Positions 1-10,445 of a stretch of DNA of 48,856 bases are shown here, piece after piece (positions within the stretch are counted from its first letter, which is position 1; the number at the start of each line of letters is the position of its first letter). The DNA lies in NCBI GenBank assembly GCA_964560535.1, contig CAZLMD010000003.1:1-48856 (forward strand), written 5' to 3'. This DNA is from an uncultured Atribacterota bacterium (GTDB lineage Bacteria; Atribacterota; Phoenicimicrobiia; Phoenicimicrobiales; Stramentimicrobiaceae). The translations under genes and the position numbers were made by a program. The notes under the pieces are model-generated. The model was not told the DNA's origin, did not search any database, and saw nothing but the letters and a program-made list of their open reading frames with translations.

Positions 1-1
1 T

Positions 2-90
2 GCCGGAGTGGCGGAATAGGTAGACGCACAGGACTTAAAATCCTGGAAGCTGTAAGGCTTGTGCCGGTTCGATTCCGGCCTCCGGCACCA
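2..90 (+). tRNA. tRNA-Leu (anticodon TAA)
   Basis: Cloverleaf folded by eye: acceptor GCCGGAG/CTCCGGC, anticodon stem CAGGA/TCCTG with loop CTTAAAA, long variable arm, T-arm GCCGG-TTCGATT-CCGGC, encoded CCA at 88-90. Confidence 0.9.
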
Positions 91-192
91 ATAACAGGCA
101 TAAGAAAAAAATGATTTAGCAGAGGATTGTTGACTTTAATGCCTGATAATGGTAGTATAGCTAGTGATTTAAATAATACAAACTATAAAAAT

Positions 193-269
193 AGCGGGGT
201 GGAGCAGCTAGGTAGCTCGTCAGGCTCATAACCTGAAGGCCGACGGTTCGAATCCGTCCCCCGCAACCA
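193..269 (+). tRNA. Initiator tRNA-fMet (anticodon CAT)
   Basis: Close to the E. coli initiator sequence (GCGGGGTGGAGCAGC...GCTCATAACC...CCCCGCAACCA). Position 1:72 is an A:A mismatch, A11:T24 is present in the D-stem, the loop is CTCATAA, and CCA is encoded. Confidence 0.85.
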
Positions 270-382
270 TTTTTTTTATTAATCAAACACCATCTTGAGC
301 ATTATTTATGGACCGTTTGGTTAATGATAGTCTAGCGAGTTTCTTTCATTTTACAATCTGCCTACTGCTTAAAATTTTTACT

Positions 383-459
383 GGCGGTGTAGCTCAGCTG
401 GCTAGAGCATGCGGTTCATACCCGCAGTGTCCTGAGTTCGAATCTCAGCACCGCCACCA
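383..459 (+). tRNA. tRNA-Met, elongator type (anticodon CAT); a lysidine-modified tRNA-Ile2 cannot be strictly excluded
   Basis: Acceptor GGCGGTG/CACCGCC, D-stem GCTC/GAGC, anticodon stem TGCGG/CCGCA with loop TTCATAC, T-arm CTGAG-TTCGAAT-CTCAG, encoded CCA. The sequence resembles Bacillus-type elongator tRNA-Met as I recall it. Confidence 0.8.
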
Positions 460-537
460 GGATCCATAATCAGCATAAACATAAAATTGAAGTATCTTTA
501 TTATATTGTTAAAATTCCCAAAAATAGATTATGATAA

Positions 538-1968
538 TTGGATAAATTAATAACAAAAGTAATTAAAACAATTGAAAAGTATAGAATGATTAATGAGGGA
601 GACCTTGTTATCCTCGCTGTTTCTGGGGGCCCCGATTCTTTATGTCTGCTTGATATACTCAATCAAATCAAATGTCAGCTCAAGATATCTTTAATCGTTG
701 CACATGTCCACCATGGAATTAGAAAAAAAGAAGCTGATATAGAAGCACGATATGTACGATTGAAGGCTTTTCACATGAAAATTCCTTTCCATCAATTATC
801 CTTATCTATTCCGGAAATTGCCAGAAAAGATAAGATTTCTATCGAACAGGCCGGCAGAGTTGGACGATACAGTTTTTTTAAGAAATTGCTCAAGAAAAAC
901 AGTGCACAAAAAATAGCTCTTGGTCATCATATGGATGATCAGGTAGAGACTATTTTAATGAGAATTATCAGAGGAAGCGGATTGCGGGGATTAAAAGCCA
1001 TTCCTCCTAAAAGAGATGTTTTTATCAGACCATTGATCGAATGTACCCGTTCAGAAATAGAGTCATATTGCAAGCGACGAAGGATTGCATATTGCCTTGA
1101 TTCTACTAATATAGAGCCCATATACTTACGCAATAAAATAAGGCAGCAGTTGATCCCTCTTTTAAAGGGAGAATATAATCCTGCAATAGAAAAAAGTCTG
1201 TTACAGTTACAATCTATCGTGAGTGATGAGCTTAATTTTTTGGATGAAATAACCGAATACTATTATTTAAAAACGTTGAAGAAAGAATGTATTTATTATA
1301 TTATTCTGGATAATCAAATATTAAGAGATTGGCCAATTGGAATTCAACGATCAGTAGTTAGAAGAACATTAAGACATTTTAAGACTTTTTTGGAGAATAT
1401 TCAATTCAAGCATATTGAAGCAATCAGGTCATTATACCTGCAGGATAAAGGTGGAAAAACTATCAACCTGCCTGGTGGAATAATTGCAAGAAAGAGTTAT
1501 CAGGATCTTATAATTGGTTTCAAAAATAATCTTGAGAGAAAAGAAAAGCCACCCGCCTCAATGGAATTTCGTTTAGAGCCTGGCAAAGCAACAATAATTA
1601 ACGGTTTGAGTCTAAAATTTGTTGTTCAGCAATGTAAATACAACCATATAGAGCATGGAGGATTATCAGGTATTGCTAACAAAAATGAGGCATACCTTGA
1701 TTATGATAAACTGGATTTTCCTCTTAAAGCCAGGAGTCGAAAGCCTGGAGACCGATTTCAGCCATTAAACAGTGCATTTTTTAAAAAGATTAAGTCATAC
1801 TTTATAGATGAGAAGGTGGATCTTTATAGAAGAGATAGGGTGATGCTGATTCTAGACAATTCTGATCGTATTGTCTGGATTGCTGGCTTTCAAATAGATA
1901 ACCGTTTTAAGGTGACAAAAAATACTAAAAGAATATTACATATTAAAAAAATAAATAGACCTGATTAA
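538..1968 (+). CDS. tilS: tRNA(Ile)-lysidine synthase
   Basis: 476-aa ORF with TTG start. N-terminal PP-loop motif AVSGGPDS, and conserved tilS-hpt-ftsH synteny. Confidence 0.9.
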   Translation: MDKLITKVIKTIEKYRMINEGDLVILAVSGGPDSLCLLDILNQIKCQLKISLIVAHVHHGIRKKEADIEARYVRLKAFHMKIPFHQLSLSIPEIARKDKISIEQAGRVGRYSFFKKLLKKNSAQKIALGHHMDDQVETILMRIIRGSGLRGLKAIPPKRDVFIRPLIECTRSEIESYCKRRRIAYCLDSTNIEPIYLRNKIRQQLIPLLKGEYNPAIEKSLLQLQSIVSDELNFLDEITEYYYLKTLKKECIYYIILDNQILRDWPIGIQRSVVRRTLRHFKTFLENIQFKHIEAIRSLYLQDKGGKTINLPGGIIARKSYQDLIIGFKNNLERKEKPPASMEFRLEPGKATIINGLSLKFVVQQCKYNHIEHGGLSGIANKNEAYLDYDKLDFPLKARSRKPGDRFQPLNSAFFKKIKSYFIDEKVDLYRRDRVMLILDNSDRIVWIAGFQIDNRFKVTKNTKRILHIKKINRPD

Positions 1969-2214
1969 AGTAGTAATGATAAAATCTCTTTAATAATACT
2001 TCAGTAAAAGGCAATACCGTTTTCATTGTAAAATAGCTCAAAAAATAAAATTGTTAGTTGAGTATATGTAAAAAAATATGATATAAAGTTTATAAAGATA
2101 TTCTTTTTGTACCTTTTACCTTATCCTTGTGTAAGTTGACTCAATCAATTTCGATAAGATAAGGGATCAAGAAGATATGTTTCTAAAATAAAAATTATTT
2201 AAGGAATAATAAAA

Positions 2215-2760
2215 ATGATAGAATTGGAAATGATAGAGGAAATTTTAATTCCAGAAAATCAAATTCAAAAAAGGGTTGAACAATTAGGAAATCAAATTTC
2301 ATTAGATTACAAAGGGAAAGAGCTTTTTTGTATAGGTGTCTTAAGAGGAGCCATTGTATTCCTGGCTGATTTAGTACGCCATATAAAAGTTCCTTTGGAA
2401 ATAGATTTCATAGCTATTTCCAGTTATGGTATGTCTACTGAATCTTCAGGAGTGGTGAGGATTTTGAAAGATTTAGATGAAACTATCGAAAACAAAGATG
2501 TCTTGATTGTTGAAGATATTATCGATACAGGATTGACTTTGGATTACCTGCTGAGAATGTTGCAATCTCGAAAACCTGCCAGTATAAAAGTCTGCACACT
2601 TCTTAATAAAAAAGAGAGAAAAAAGACCATGGTTCCAATCGATTATTGCGGCTTCGATATACCAGATAAATTTGCTGTCGGTTATGGTTTGGATTTCAAT
2701 GGTTTATACCGCAATATTCCTTATATTCTGGTCCTTAAGTCAGAATATTATAATAACTAA
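2215..2760 (+). CDS. hpt: Hypoxanthine(-guanine) phosphoribosyltransferase
   Basis: 181 aa. PRPP-binding motif VLIVEDIIDTGLTL and typical 6-oxopurine PRTase length, located between tilS and ftsH. Confidence 0.9.
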   Translation: MIELEMIEEILIPENQIQKRVEQLGNQISLDYKGKELFCIGVLRGAIVFLADLVRHIKVPLEIDFIAISSYGMSTESSGVVRILKDLDETIENKDVLIVEDIIDTGLTLDYLLRMLQSRKPASIKVCTLLNKKERKKTMVPIDYCGFDIPDKFAVGYGLDFNGLYRNIPYILVLKSEYYNN

Positions 2761-3017
2761 CTTAAAGCAATTAAACTTATTTTTTTAAAGATATTCCATA
2801 ATTTGAAATTGGTAAAAATTAAGTAACTATTAAGCAATTATTAATAAAAAATTAATTAATAATAAAGTAACTATAAGTACCTTTAAAAGTAACAATAGTA
2901 TTAATAACTTGTTTGTTTTTAGTCATGAAATGTGATAAAATTACCTAGCATTTAAACTAGTTATTTTAGGCTGAAAATATTTTCATTATATTTAATTAAA
3001 AGAGGAGAAAAGAATAA

Positions 3018-4865
3018 TTGGCAAAATTAAATCCTAAAAACTTAAAGAACAAAAATTTTAGAAATGCTGGCTTATATCTGTTAATTCTGATAGTTGCAAT
3101 ATCTATTCTTAGTTCTTTGTTTGAACCCACCTCTTCTATTAAAGAGTTCTCCTATTCTCAATTTTTAAATGAAGTTGAGAAAGACAATGTTAATAGCGTT
3201 ACCATTTCTGGAAATACTATTACCGGGGTACTTAATGATAACCAAAAATTTACTACATATTTGCCCGATGATCCGGAATTGATAACTATTTTACGCAGTA
3301 AAAATATTAATGTTGAAGCTAAGCCTCCCGTAGAATTATCATGGTGGATGCGTATACTATCATCCTTACTACCGATGGTTTTAATAATTGGTATCTGGAT
3401 ATTTATGATGAGACAGATGCAGGGTGGGGGAAATAAAGTAATGTCTTTTGGTAAAAGCCAGGCAAAAATGTTGGGCAAAGAAAACCCCAGGGTTACCTTT
3501 GCTGATGTGGCTGGAGTCGATGAAGCTAAAGAGGAGCTTCAAGAAGTGATAGATTTTCTAAGAAATCCAGCTAAGTTTAACCAGCTTGGGGCAAAAATAC
3601 CAAAAGGAGTACTCCTTTATGGTCCACCGGGATCGGGTAAAACTTTATTGGCTCGAGCTGTTGCTGGAGAGGCAGGAGTGGCATTTTTTAGTATCAGTGG
3701 TTCAGATTTTGTGGAAATGTTTGTAGGAGTAGGAGCCTCCAGAGTAAGGGATCTATTCAGACAGGCTAAAGCAAACAGGCCCTGTATTATTTTTATGGAT
3801 GAAATCGATGCTGTTGGGCGCCATAGAGGTGCTGGCCTTGGTGGCGGACATGACGAGAGAGAACAGACTTTAAATCAATTATTGGTAGAGATGGATGGAT
3901 TTGACCAAAACACGGGTGTCATTCTTATTGCCGCTACCAATAGGCCTGATATATTAGATCCAGCTCTTCTCAGACCGGGACGTTTTGATAGAAGAATAGT
4001 AGTTGATCGTCCTGATATAATTGGACGTGAACAGATATTAAATGTTCATGCTAAAGGAAAGCCTTTAGCAGAAGATGTTGATCTAAAAGTTTTAGCAAGA
4101 AGGACTCCTGGTTTTGTTGGTTCAGATTTGGCTAATTTAGTCAACGAAGCGGCATTGCTAGCCTCACGTAAAGGTAAAAAACAGGTAGATATGGAAGACT
4201 TTGAAGCATCTATTGATAGAGTAATTGCCGGTCCTGAGAAAAAAAGTAGGATTATGAATGAGAGAGAAAAAGAGATAGTGGCATACCATGAATCAGGACA
4301 TGCCCTGGTAGCAAAGTTGCTTCCAAACTGTGACCCAGTTCATAAGGTTTCTATTATCCCACGGGGAAGTGCTGCACTTGGTTATACACTACAACTTCCC
4401 ACTGAAGATCGTTATCTGGTCAGCAGGTCTGAATTGATGGAAAGGTTAAGTGTTCTTTTGGCTGGCAGAGTTGCAGAAGAAATTACTTTTGAAGATGTTA
4501 CCACAGGAGCACAGAATGATCTGGAAAGGGCAACTAAAATAGCCCGACAGATGGTAACCGAATTCGGAATGAGTGATACCATTGGCCCGATGACACTGGG
4601 CAAAAAAGAGCAACAGGTGTTTCTGGGCAGAGATATTGCCGAAAACAGGAACTATAGTGAAGAAGTTGCTTTTCAGATTGATAAAGAAGTGGAAAAAATT
4701 ATAGAAACTGCTTACAAGAGAGCAAAAGATATTTTAATTAAGAACAATAGTGAACTCAAGAAAATAGCAAAAAATTTATTAGAGAAAGAAACATTAGAAG
4801 GAGAAGAGCTGGATAATCTGTTAAAAGGTGTCAAGCTTGCCACTGGACAACAGGTTATGATATAG
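3018..4865 (+). CDS. ftsH: ATP-dependent zinc metalloprotease FtsH
   Basis: 615 aa with TTG start after AGAGGAG. Two N-terminal TM segments, Walker [12 protein letters not shown] second region of homology, and zinc motif HESGHA. Confidence 0.95.
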   Translation: MAKLNPKNLKNKNFRNAGLYLLILIVAISILSSLFEPTSSIKEFSYSQFLNEVEKDNVNSVTISGNTITGVLNDNQKFTTYLPDDPELITILRSKNINVEAKPPVELSWWMRILSSLLPMVLIIGIWIFMMRQMQGGGNKVMSFGKSQAKMLGKENPRVTFADVAGVDEAKEELQEVIDFLRNPAKFNQLGAKIPKGVLLYGPPGSGKTLLARAVAGEAGVAFFSISGSDFVEMFVGVGASRVRDLFRQAKANRPCIIFMDEIDAVGRHRGAGLGGGHDEREQTLNQLLVEMDGFDQNTGVILIAATNRPDILDPALLRPGRFDRRIVVDRPDIIGREQILNVHAKGKPLAEDVDLKVLARRTPGFVGSDLANLVNEAALLASRKGKKQVDMEDFEASIDRVIAGPEKKSRIMNEREKEIVAYHESGHALVAKLLPNCDPVHKVSIIPRGSAALGYTLQLPTEDRYLVSRSELMERLSVLLAGRVAEEITFEDVTTGAQNDLERATKIARQMVTEFGMSDTIGPMTLGKKEQQVFLGRDIAENRNYSEEVAFQIDKEVEKIIETAYKRAKDILIKNNSELKKIAKNLLEKETLEGEELDNLLKGVKLATGQQVMI

Positions 4866-5150
4866 TGAATATATTAAAATATAAGTAATTCCTTGCCTAT
4901 ATTTAGTGTATCGAAAATTAAATATAAAACTTATATATTTGTTTAAATTAAAAATTACTTTAAAAACCCTGTTTAGCTTTGGATATTCATTAGAAACAAT
5001 GGAAAAATAACCAATATGCTTAAAAAGATTAACAGTTCCCAGGAGGAAAGTGTCTTTTGACCGAAATTTCCTGAGGACATGTAATATTAAGCCTAGTATT
5101 CAATAAAGCCTCAGGTATATACTTGAGTAATCAACAAAAACTTACTTCCT

Positions 5151-5205
5151 CCTAGGGGTCCTTGAAACAAAGAATATTTTCAAGGACCTAGGGGGTTTTA
5201 TTTTA
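5151..5205 (+). terminator. Rho-independent terminator-like hairpin in the ftsH / ABC-importer intergenic region
   Basis: 5151-5167 pairs with 5178-5192 (6 bp, a GG bulge, then 9 bp, with a 10-nt loop), followed by GGGTTTTATTTT. See the leader finding. Confidence 0.55.
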
Positions 5206-5377
5206 TTACTGCTTAATGAAATTAGTTGAAAAGTTTAAAGTTGTTTGAAAAATAGAGTCAAAAAATAAGGTAGGGGGTGGTTATTAAGGAATTAAATATA
5301 ATTAATTGCTATTTATGGTTAATAGTAATTGACTTGAATTACCCAAAGTTAATGAAAAATGGAAGGAGGAAGAAAAT

Positions 5378-7234
5378 TTGAGAAGTAAGCAAATATTGCC
5401 AATTATTTTTGTACTTTTGTTAATTTTCAGTATAGGGACAGTGACTTATGCTCAGGTTCCTAATCCAGAAAGAATCGTATATGCTACTATAGGTGGCCCT
5501 GAAACTATTGACCCACATTGGAGTTACGATACTGCCAGTGGTGAAATTATATTCCAGATTTATGACAACCTTATAGCCTATGATGGAGAAAGTATAGAGA
5601 ATTTTGTACCGATGTTATCTACCGAGGTGCCTTCAGCAGACAATGGATTAATTTCAGAAGATGGATTAACATATACCTTTCCTATCAGAAAAGGAGTAAA
5701 ATTTCACAATGGTGCTATCCTAACTCTTGAAGATGTGGAGTACAGTTTTAAAAGGGGTATGATATTTGACCGGGCAGGTGGTCCAATGTGGATGATACTG
5801 GAGCCACTTTTAGGAGTTGAGAGCATAGAAGAACTTGCTGTTGAATTAGCTGGTGTAGAGAATTATTCAGATATGTTTGCAGATGGAGTAATTTTACCGG
5901 AATATAGAGATGTCATGGTAAAAGTATTTACAGATTATATAGATAAAGCAGTAGAGGTAAAAGGAGATAATATTGTATTTCACCTGGCACAACCCTACTC
6001 CCCATTTTTAAACATCCTGGCACATGGTGGTGGATGGTCTTCTATCATTAACAAAGAATGGTCTATTGAACAGGGTGCCTGGGACGGAAAGGCTGACACC
6101 TGGTGGGACTACCATGACCCGCAAAACGAAGAGGATCCCCTCTATAGTGTTGCCTGTGGAACAGGGCCTTTTGTGCTTGTAAAATGGGTTCCAGAAGAAA
6201 CACTGCTACTTGAGAGATTTGATGATCATTGGAGAGGTTCAGCAAAATTAAAAGAAGTAGTCTATCAATATATCAATGAATGGACTACCAGAAAGCTGAT
6301 GTTGCAAAGGGGAGATGCTGACATAATATATGTACCGGTAACTAATATAAAAGAAGTGGAAACCATGGAGGGTGTGGAGCTTATAACAGGGCTTCCCACA
6401 TTGACCAATGTGGTTACTAATATGCCATGGGAATTAAATGCAGAAGGTAATGCTAATCTGGGAAGCGGAAAGTTAGACGGAGAGGGCATCCCGGCGAATT
6501 TCTTCTCTGACATACATGTTCGAAGAGGCTTTTCCTATCTTTTCCCATATGATATATTTATAGAAAAAACAGCACAGGGACAGGGAATACGTAATCCTGG
6601 TCCATTCCCCGAACCACTATATGGATACACCGAAGATGATGAACTCTATTATCAGTTTGATATTGAAAAAGCAAAAGAAGAATTCAAGTTAGCCTGGGAT
6701 GGAGAGTTATGGGAAAAAGGATGTAAGTTTAATATCTTCTATAATGAAGGTAACGATGTCCGTAAAGCTGTCTGTGATATGCTCTCAACTTATGCCAAAA
6801 TTGTTAATCCCAAGTTTGAGCTCACCCCGGTAGGTATACAGTGGTCTTCATATCTGAAACAATTCCTGGCAGAACAACTTCCTATGTTCACTATTGGATG
6901 GCTGGCAGATTATCCCCATCCACACAACTGGGCCCCTACATATCTGGGCACCAATGGAACATATAGTGGTTTTTATGGTAAACCATATATTGATTGGGCA
7001 AAAGAAAATGTAGATCCTCTTATAGAAAAAGCCCTTAAATCTATTGATCCACTTGAGCAGAAAGCCATTTATGAAGAACTGACTAAAATAGCCCATGAAC
7101 AGGCAGTGTCATTGTACCTCTATCAGCCTATAGGGATTCATGTTCAGAGAGACTGGGTCAAGGGTTGGTACTTTAATCCTGTAATATCGGGTTTACCAGA
7201 AGGTGCTGACTACTTCTATATCTACAAAGAATAA
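5378..7234 (+). CDS. ABC transporter substrate-binding protein, family 5 (peptide/oligosaccharide/nickel type)
   Basis: 618 aa with TTG start after GGAAGGAGGA. Cleavable signal peptide ending TYAQ with no lipobox Cys. Length and sequence are typical of OppA/DppA-like proteins, and matching permeases and ATPases follow. Confidence 0.85.
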   Translation: MRSKQILPIIFVLLLIFSIGTVTYAQVPNPERIVYATIGGPETIDPHWSYDTASGEIIFQIYDNLIAYDGESIENFVPMLSTEVPSADNGLISEDGLTYTFPIRKGVKFHNGAILTLEDVEYSFKRGMIFDRAGGPMWMILEPLLGVESIEELAVELAGVENYSDMFADGVILPEYRDVMVKVFTDYIDKAVEVKGDNIVFHLAQPYSPFLNILAHGGGWSSIINKEWSIEQGAWDGKADTWWDYHDPQNEEDPLYSVACGTGPFVLVKWVPEETLLLERFDDHWRGSAKLKEVVYQYINEWTTRKLMLQRGDADIIYVPVTNIKEVETMEGVELITGLPTLTNVVTNMPWELNAEGNANLGSGKLDGEGIPANFFSDIHVRRGFSYLFPYDIFIEKTAQGQGIRNPGPFPEPLYGYTEDDELYYQFDIEKAKEEFKLAWDGELWEKGCKFNIFYNEGNDVRKAVCDMLSTYAKIVNPKFELTPVGIQWSSYLKQFLAEQLPMFTIGWLADYPHPHNWAPTYLGTNGTYSGFYGKPYIDWAKENVDPLIEKALKSIDPLEQKAIYEELTKIAHEQAVSLYLYQPIGIHVQRDWVKGWYFNPVISGLPEGADYFYIYKE

Positions 7235-7294
7235 TAGAGAATATAGATTAAAATTAATTTTATAATTTAGTACAGTTGTCGAAATATAAAGAAT

Positions 7295-7324
7295 GGAGTG
7301 GAGATTAGTAAAAATTTCCACTCC
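7295..7324 (+). other. Intercistronic stem-loop after the binding-protein gene
   Basis: GGAGTGGA (7295-7302) pairs perfectly with TCCACTCC (7317-7324). No U-tract follows, so it is more likely an mRNA-stabilising or processing hairpin than a full terminator. Confidence 0.4.
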
Positions 7325-7430
7325 AAAATGTCTTTATTCTATAATCGCATATTTATCCATCCTTTCAATGTTTTACCATATCTCTATTTAAAATTAGGGA
7401 TAAATAGAAAATTTAATAAGGAAAGAAGAG

Positions 7431-8468
7431 ATGCTATCTTACATTATTAGACGATTATTAATACTACCTTTAATACTTTTTGGAGTAACTTTTTTAATAT
7501 TTGGCTTATTTTCTTTGCTGAGCCCAATGGAAAGATTGGCAACATATATTAATAATCCCAGTGTGCTAAAAAACCCTCAGGCTGCACAAAGATTAATCGA
7601 CAAATACCACCTCGATGATCCCTTTCCATCTGGTTATTTATACTGGGTAAAATCATTGTTAAAATTTGACTTCGGATGGTCACCAACCGCTAATCAGCCG
7701 GTTTGGGAAGCTATTAAACAACGCCTTCCTGCTACTATGGAGCTTGTCTTTTATTCAATTATCCCTGTGATTCTGGTTGGGATATGGTTAGGGGTTATCT
7801 CTGCGGTCCACCACAATGATCTGCTAGACCAGGCTATCAGGGTTACCGCTATAATTGGCTGGTCATTACCCACTTTTATTTTTGGACTACTGGTCTTATT
7901 TATATTTTATGGAATATTGGGCTGGCTGCCACCCGGAAGGCTAAGTACCTGGGCACAGTATATTGTTTATACAGGAGATGATTTTAAGAATTTTACATAT
8001 TTTATTACAATTGATGCAATTCTAAATGGGCGTCTGGATATATTCTGGGATGCAATAAAACATTTGATCGGCCCGGTTATCACTCTTTCTTATATTTCCT
8101 GGGCTTATTTACTGAGAATTACCCGGTCCAGCATGTTGGATACCTTAAGAAAGGACTATATTCGTACTGCCCGCGCTAAAGGAGTTGAAGAAAAAAAGGT
8201 AATACATCAGCATGCTCAAAAAAATGCTCTAATTCCAGTAGTAACGGTAGCAGGAATGATGATCATTGAGATGCTGGGAGGAGTGGTTATTACTGAAACA
8301 GTATTTACCTATCCAGGGTTAGGATTTTGGGCAGCCTCTTCTGCCCAGCAATTAGATTATGGGTCAGTCATTGGGTTTGCTCTGCTGTTCGCCTTTATGA
8401 TGGTCATTGGTAATCTGATTGTAGATATCTCCTATGCCTTAATAGATCCAAGGGTAAGATTGGAGTAA
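7431..8468 (+). CDS. ABC transporter permease (OppB/DppB type)
   Basis: 345 aa and multi-TM, with the binding-protein-dependent transport EAA-like region (RTARAKG). Operon context supports the call. Confidence 0.85.
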   Translation: MLSYIIRRLLILPLILFGVTFLIFGLFSLLSPMERLATYINNPSVLKNPQAAQRLIDKYHLDDPFPSGYLYWVKSLLKFDFGWSPTANQPVWEAIKQRLPATMELVFYSIIPVILVGIWLGVISAVHHNDLLDQAIRVTAIIGWSLPTFIFGLLVLFIFYGILGWLPPGRLSTWAQYIVYTGDDFKNFTYFITIDAILNGRLDIFWDAIKHLIGPVITLSYISWAYLLRITRSSMLDTLRKDYIRTARAKGVEEKKVIHQHAQKNALIPVVTVAGMMIIEMLGGVVITETVFTYPGLGFWAASSAQQLDYGSVIGFALLFAFMMVIGNLIVDISYALIDPRVRLE

Positions 8469-8475
8469 TACCAGG

Positions 8476-9411
8476 ATGAACAGAATAATTAGAAAATTGT
8501 TGAGTAACCCAACATCTTTAATGGGCTTATTGCTGCTTGCAATCTTTATCCTGATAGCTATTTTCGCACCATATATAGCACCGCCCTTGTTCCCGGATCC
8601 ATATCAGATTCCGCGTATGTCATGGGATATAGAGCCACAACCACCTGGATTTACCATTACAGACGATATGAGGTTTGTCTATGAAAGTCTGGGAAAACCG
8701 GTGACAAGAGAGCATGCAATATTCGGCACAGCACAGGGTGGTTATGATATATTCTATGGAATGATCTGGGGTACCAGAACTGCTTTCCGTGTAGGAATTG
8801 TTACAGTTGTCTTCTCTATGCTAATAGGGATTATCGGGGGTTCTTTAGCAGCTTATTTCGGTAATTGGGTAGATGAATTGCTTATGAGAATAACAGATAT
8901 TTTTTTATCTATTCCTTTTTTAGTTGCTGCTATGGTGCTTACTACGATTTTAGGTAGAGGACTCGATAAAGTGATGATAGCACTCATTGCTTTTGGTTGG
9001 ATGGGGTATGCTAGAGTTATAAGGGCGAGTATTTTGTGTGCTAAAGAAGAAGTATATGTTACAGCAGCCAAAGCATTGGGAGTAAAGGACTTACGTATAA
9101 TTATATTCCATCTATTGCCCAACACTATTTTCCCGGTATTAGTTCAGGCAAGTATGAATATTGGTTCCATGGTTGTTACTGCGGCAGCCTTAAGTTTTTT
9201 AGGAGTAGGAGCTCCGTTGGGATATGCAGACTGGGGACAGATGGTTAGTTTTGCACGAAATTGGATCATTGGTTCACCAGGAAAAGCCGGGGAATACTGG
9301 TATGCAGTATTTTTCCCGGGAATATTCATCGTTTTATTTGTTCTTTCCTGGAACCTTGTCGGGGATACCCTCAGAGATATTTTAGATCCACGGCTAAGAG
9401 GTGAGTTGTGA
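8476..9411 (+). CDS. ABC transporter permease (OppC/DppC type)
   Basis: 311 aa and multi-TM, with the EAA-like region AAKALG. It sits 8 nt after the previous gene. Confidence 0.85.
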   Translation: MNRIIRKLLSNPTSLMGLLLLAIFILIAIFAPYIAPPLFPDPYQIPRMSWDIEPQPPGFTITDDMRFVYESLGKPVTREHAIFGTAQGGYDIFYGMIWGTRTAFRVGIVTVVFSMLIGIIGGSLAAYFGNWVDELLMRITDIFLSIPFLVAAMVLTTILGRGLDKVMIALIAFGWMGYARVIRASILCAKEEVYVTAAKALGVKDLRIIIFHLLPNTIFPVLVQASMNIGSMVVTAAALSFLGVGAPLGYADWGQMVSFARNWIIGSPGKAGEYWYAVFFPGIFIVLFVLSWNLVGDTLRDILDPRLRGEL

Positions 9412-10445
9412 AAATAGAAGAAAGAAAAGAGAAGGTTCTACAGGTAAAGAGCCTGAGAACATATTTTTTTACTGAAAATGGTGTTGTAAAAGCAGTTGAT
9501 GGAGTAGATTTTGAGATATATCAGGGAGAGACTCTGGGATTAGTGGGAGAATCGGGTTGTGGTAAAAGTATTACAGCTTTTTCCATACTCAGATTATTGG
9601 ACTATCCTGGGAAAACAGTAGAAGGGCAAATTATATTCAAAGGGGATGACCTTCTTAAAAAAAATGATAACGAGATGCGGAGAATTAGAGGAAAAGAGAT
9701 AGCAATGATTTTCCAGGAACCCATGACTTCTTTAAATCCTGTTTTTACCATTGGTTATCAAATATCTGAATCTTTAAAAATACATTGCAAGATGAATAAC
9801 AGGGAAGCAAAGAGGAAAGCAATTGAACTTTTAGAAAAAGTCGGGATTCCAATACCACAACAGCGTGTTGATGAATATCCCCATCAGTTAAGTGGAGGGA
9901 TGAGGCAAAGGGCGATGATAGCCATGGCTCTGGCCTGCAATCCATCTTTACTGATTGCAGATGAGCCAACAACCTCTTTGGATGTTACTATTCAAGCACA
10001 GATATTAGATTTAATGAAAAACCTCTTACAACAATTCAATAGTTCATTAATTATGATAACACATGATCTGGGAGTTATAGCAGAAATAGCTGACCGAATT
10101 GCGGTAATGTATGCAGGTAAGATAATGGAATATGCTGATACACGGTCATTATTCTTTTCCCCATTACATCCTTATACTTTCGGCTTGCTTACCTCTATAC
10201 CAAGATTAGATTTAGATTTAGAAAAATTAGAGTCAATTCCCGGTATAGTTCCTGATCCACTAAACTTTCCCTCAGGCTGCAAATTTCATCCACGCTGTGT
10301 CTTTGCAACAGAGAAATGTAAAAAAGAAGAGCCATTGTTGGAAAAAGTGGAAGCCAACCATATGGTCCGCTGCTGGCATGTGGATAGAGTGAGAGAGGAA
10401 GAAGATAGGATGGCTTTTAGCAGGAGGTTGACAGTAGTTGAATAA
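9408..10445 (+). CDS. ABC transporter ATP-binding protein (OppD/DppD type)
   Basis: Walker A GESGCGKS, signature LSGGMRQR, Walker B LLIADEPT, and a C-terminal Cys-rich oligopeptide-ABC extension. GTG start overlaps the upstream stop by 4 nt. Confidence 0.9.
   Translation: MKIEERKEKVLQVKSLRTYFFTENGVVKAVDGVDFEIYQGETLGLVGESGCGKSITAFSILRLLDYPGKTVEGQIIFKGDDLLKKNDNEMRRIRGKEIAMIFQEPMTSLNPVFTIGYQISESLKIHCKMNNREAKRKAIELLEKVGIPIPQQRVDEYPHQLSGGMRQRAMIAMALACNPSLLIADEPTTSLDVTIQAQILDLMKNLLQQFNSSLIMITHDLGVIAEIADRIAVMYAGKIMEYADTRSLFFSPLHPYTFGLLTSIPRLDLDLEKLESIPGIVPDPLNFPSGCKFHPRCVFATEKCKKEEPLLEKVEANHMVRCWHVDRVREEEDRMAFSRRLTVVE

Noticed and set aside
2118-2165. Inverted repeat CCTTATC ... GATAAGG upstream of hpt, considered as a possible purine riboswitch.
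   Set aside because: None of the conserved purine-riboswitch loop or junction sequences are present. A short 7-bp stem in AT-rich DNA is weak evidence.
5038-5060. AGGAGGAAAGTG resembles the conserved GGAGGAAAGUCC core (CR-I) of RNase P RNA.
   Set aside because: The match breaks at GTGTC versus GUCCGGGC. The other conserved RNase P regions are also absent, and the spacer cannot hold the ~350-400 nt the RNA needs.
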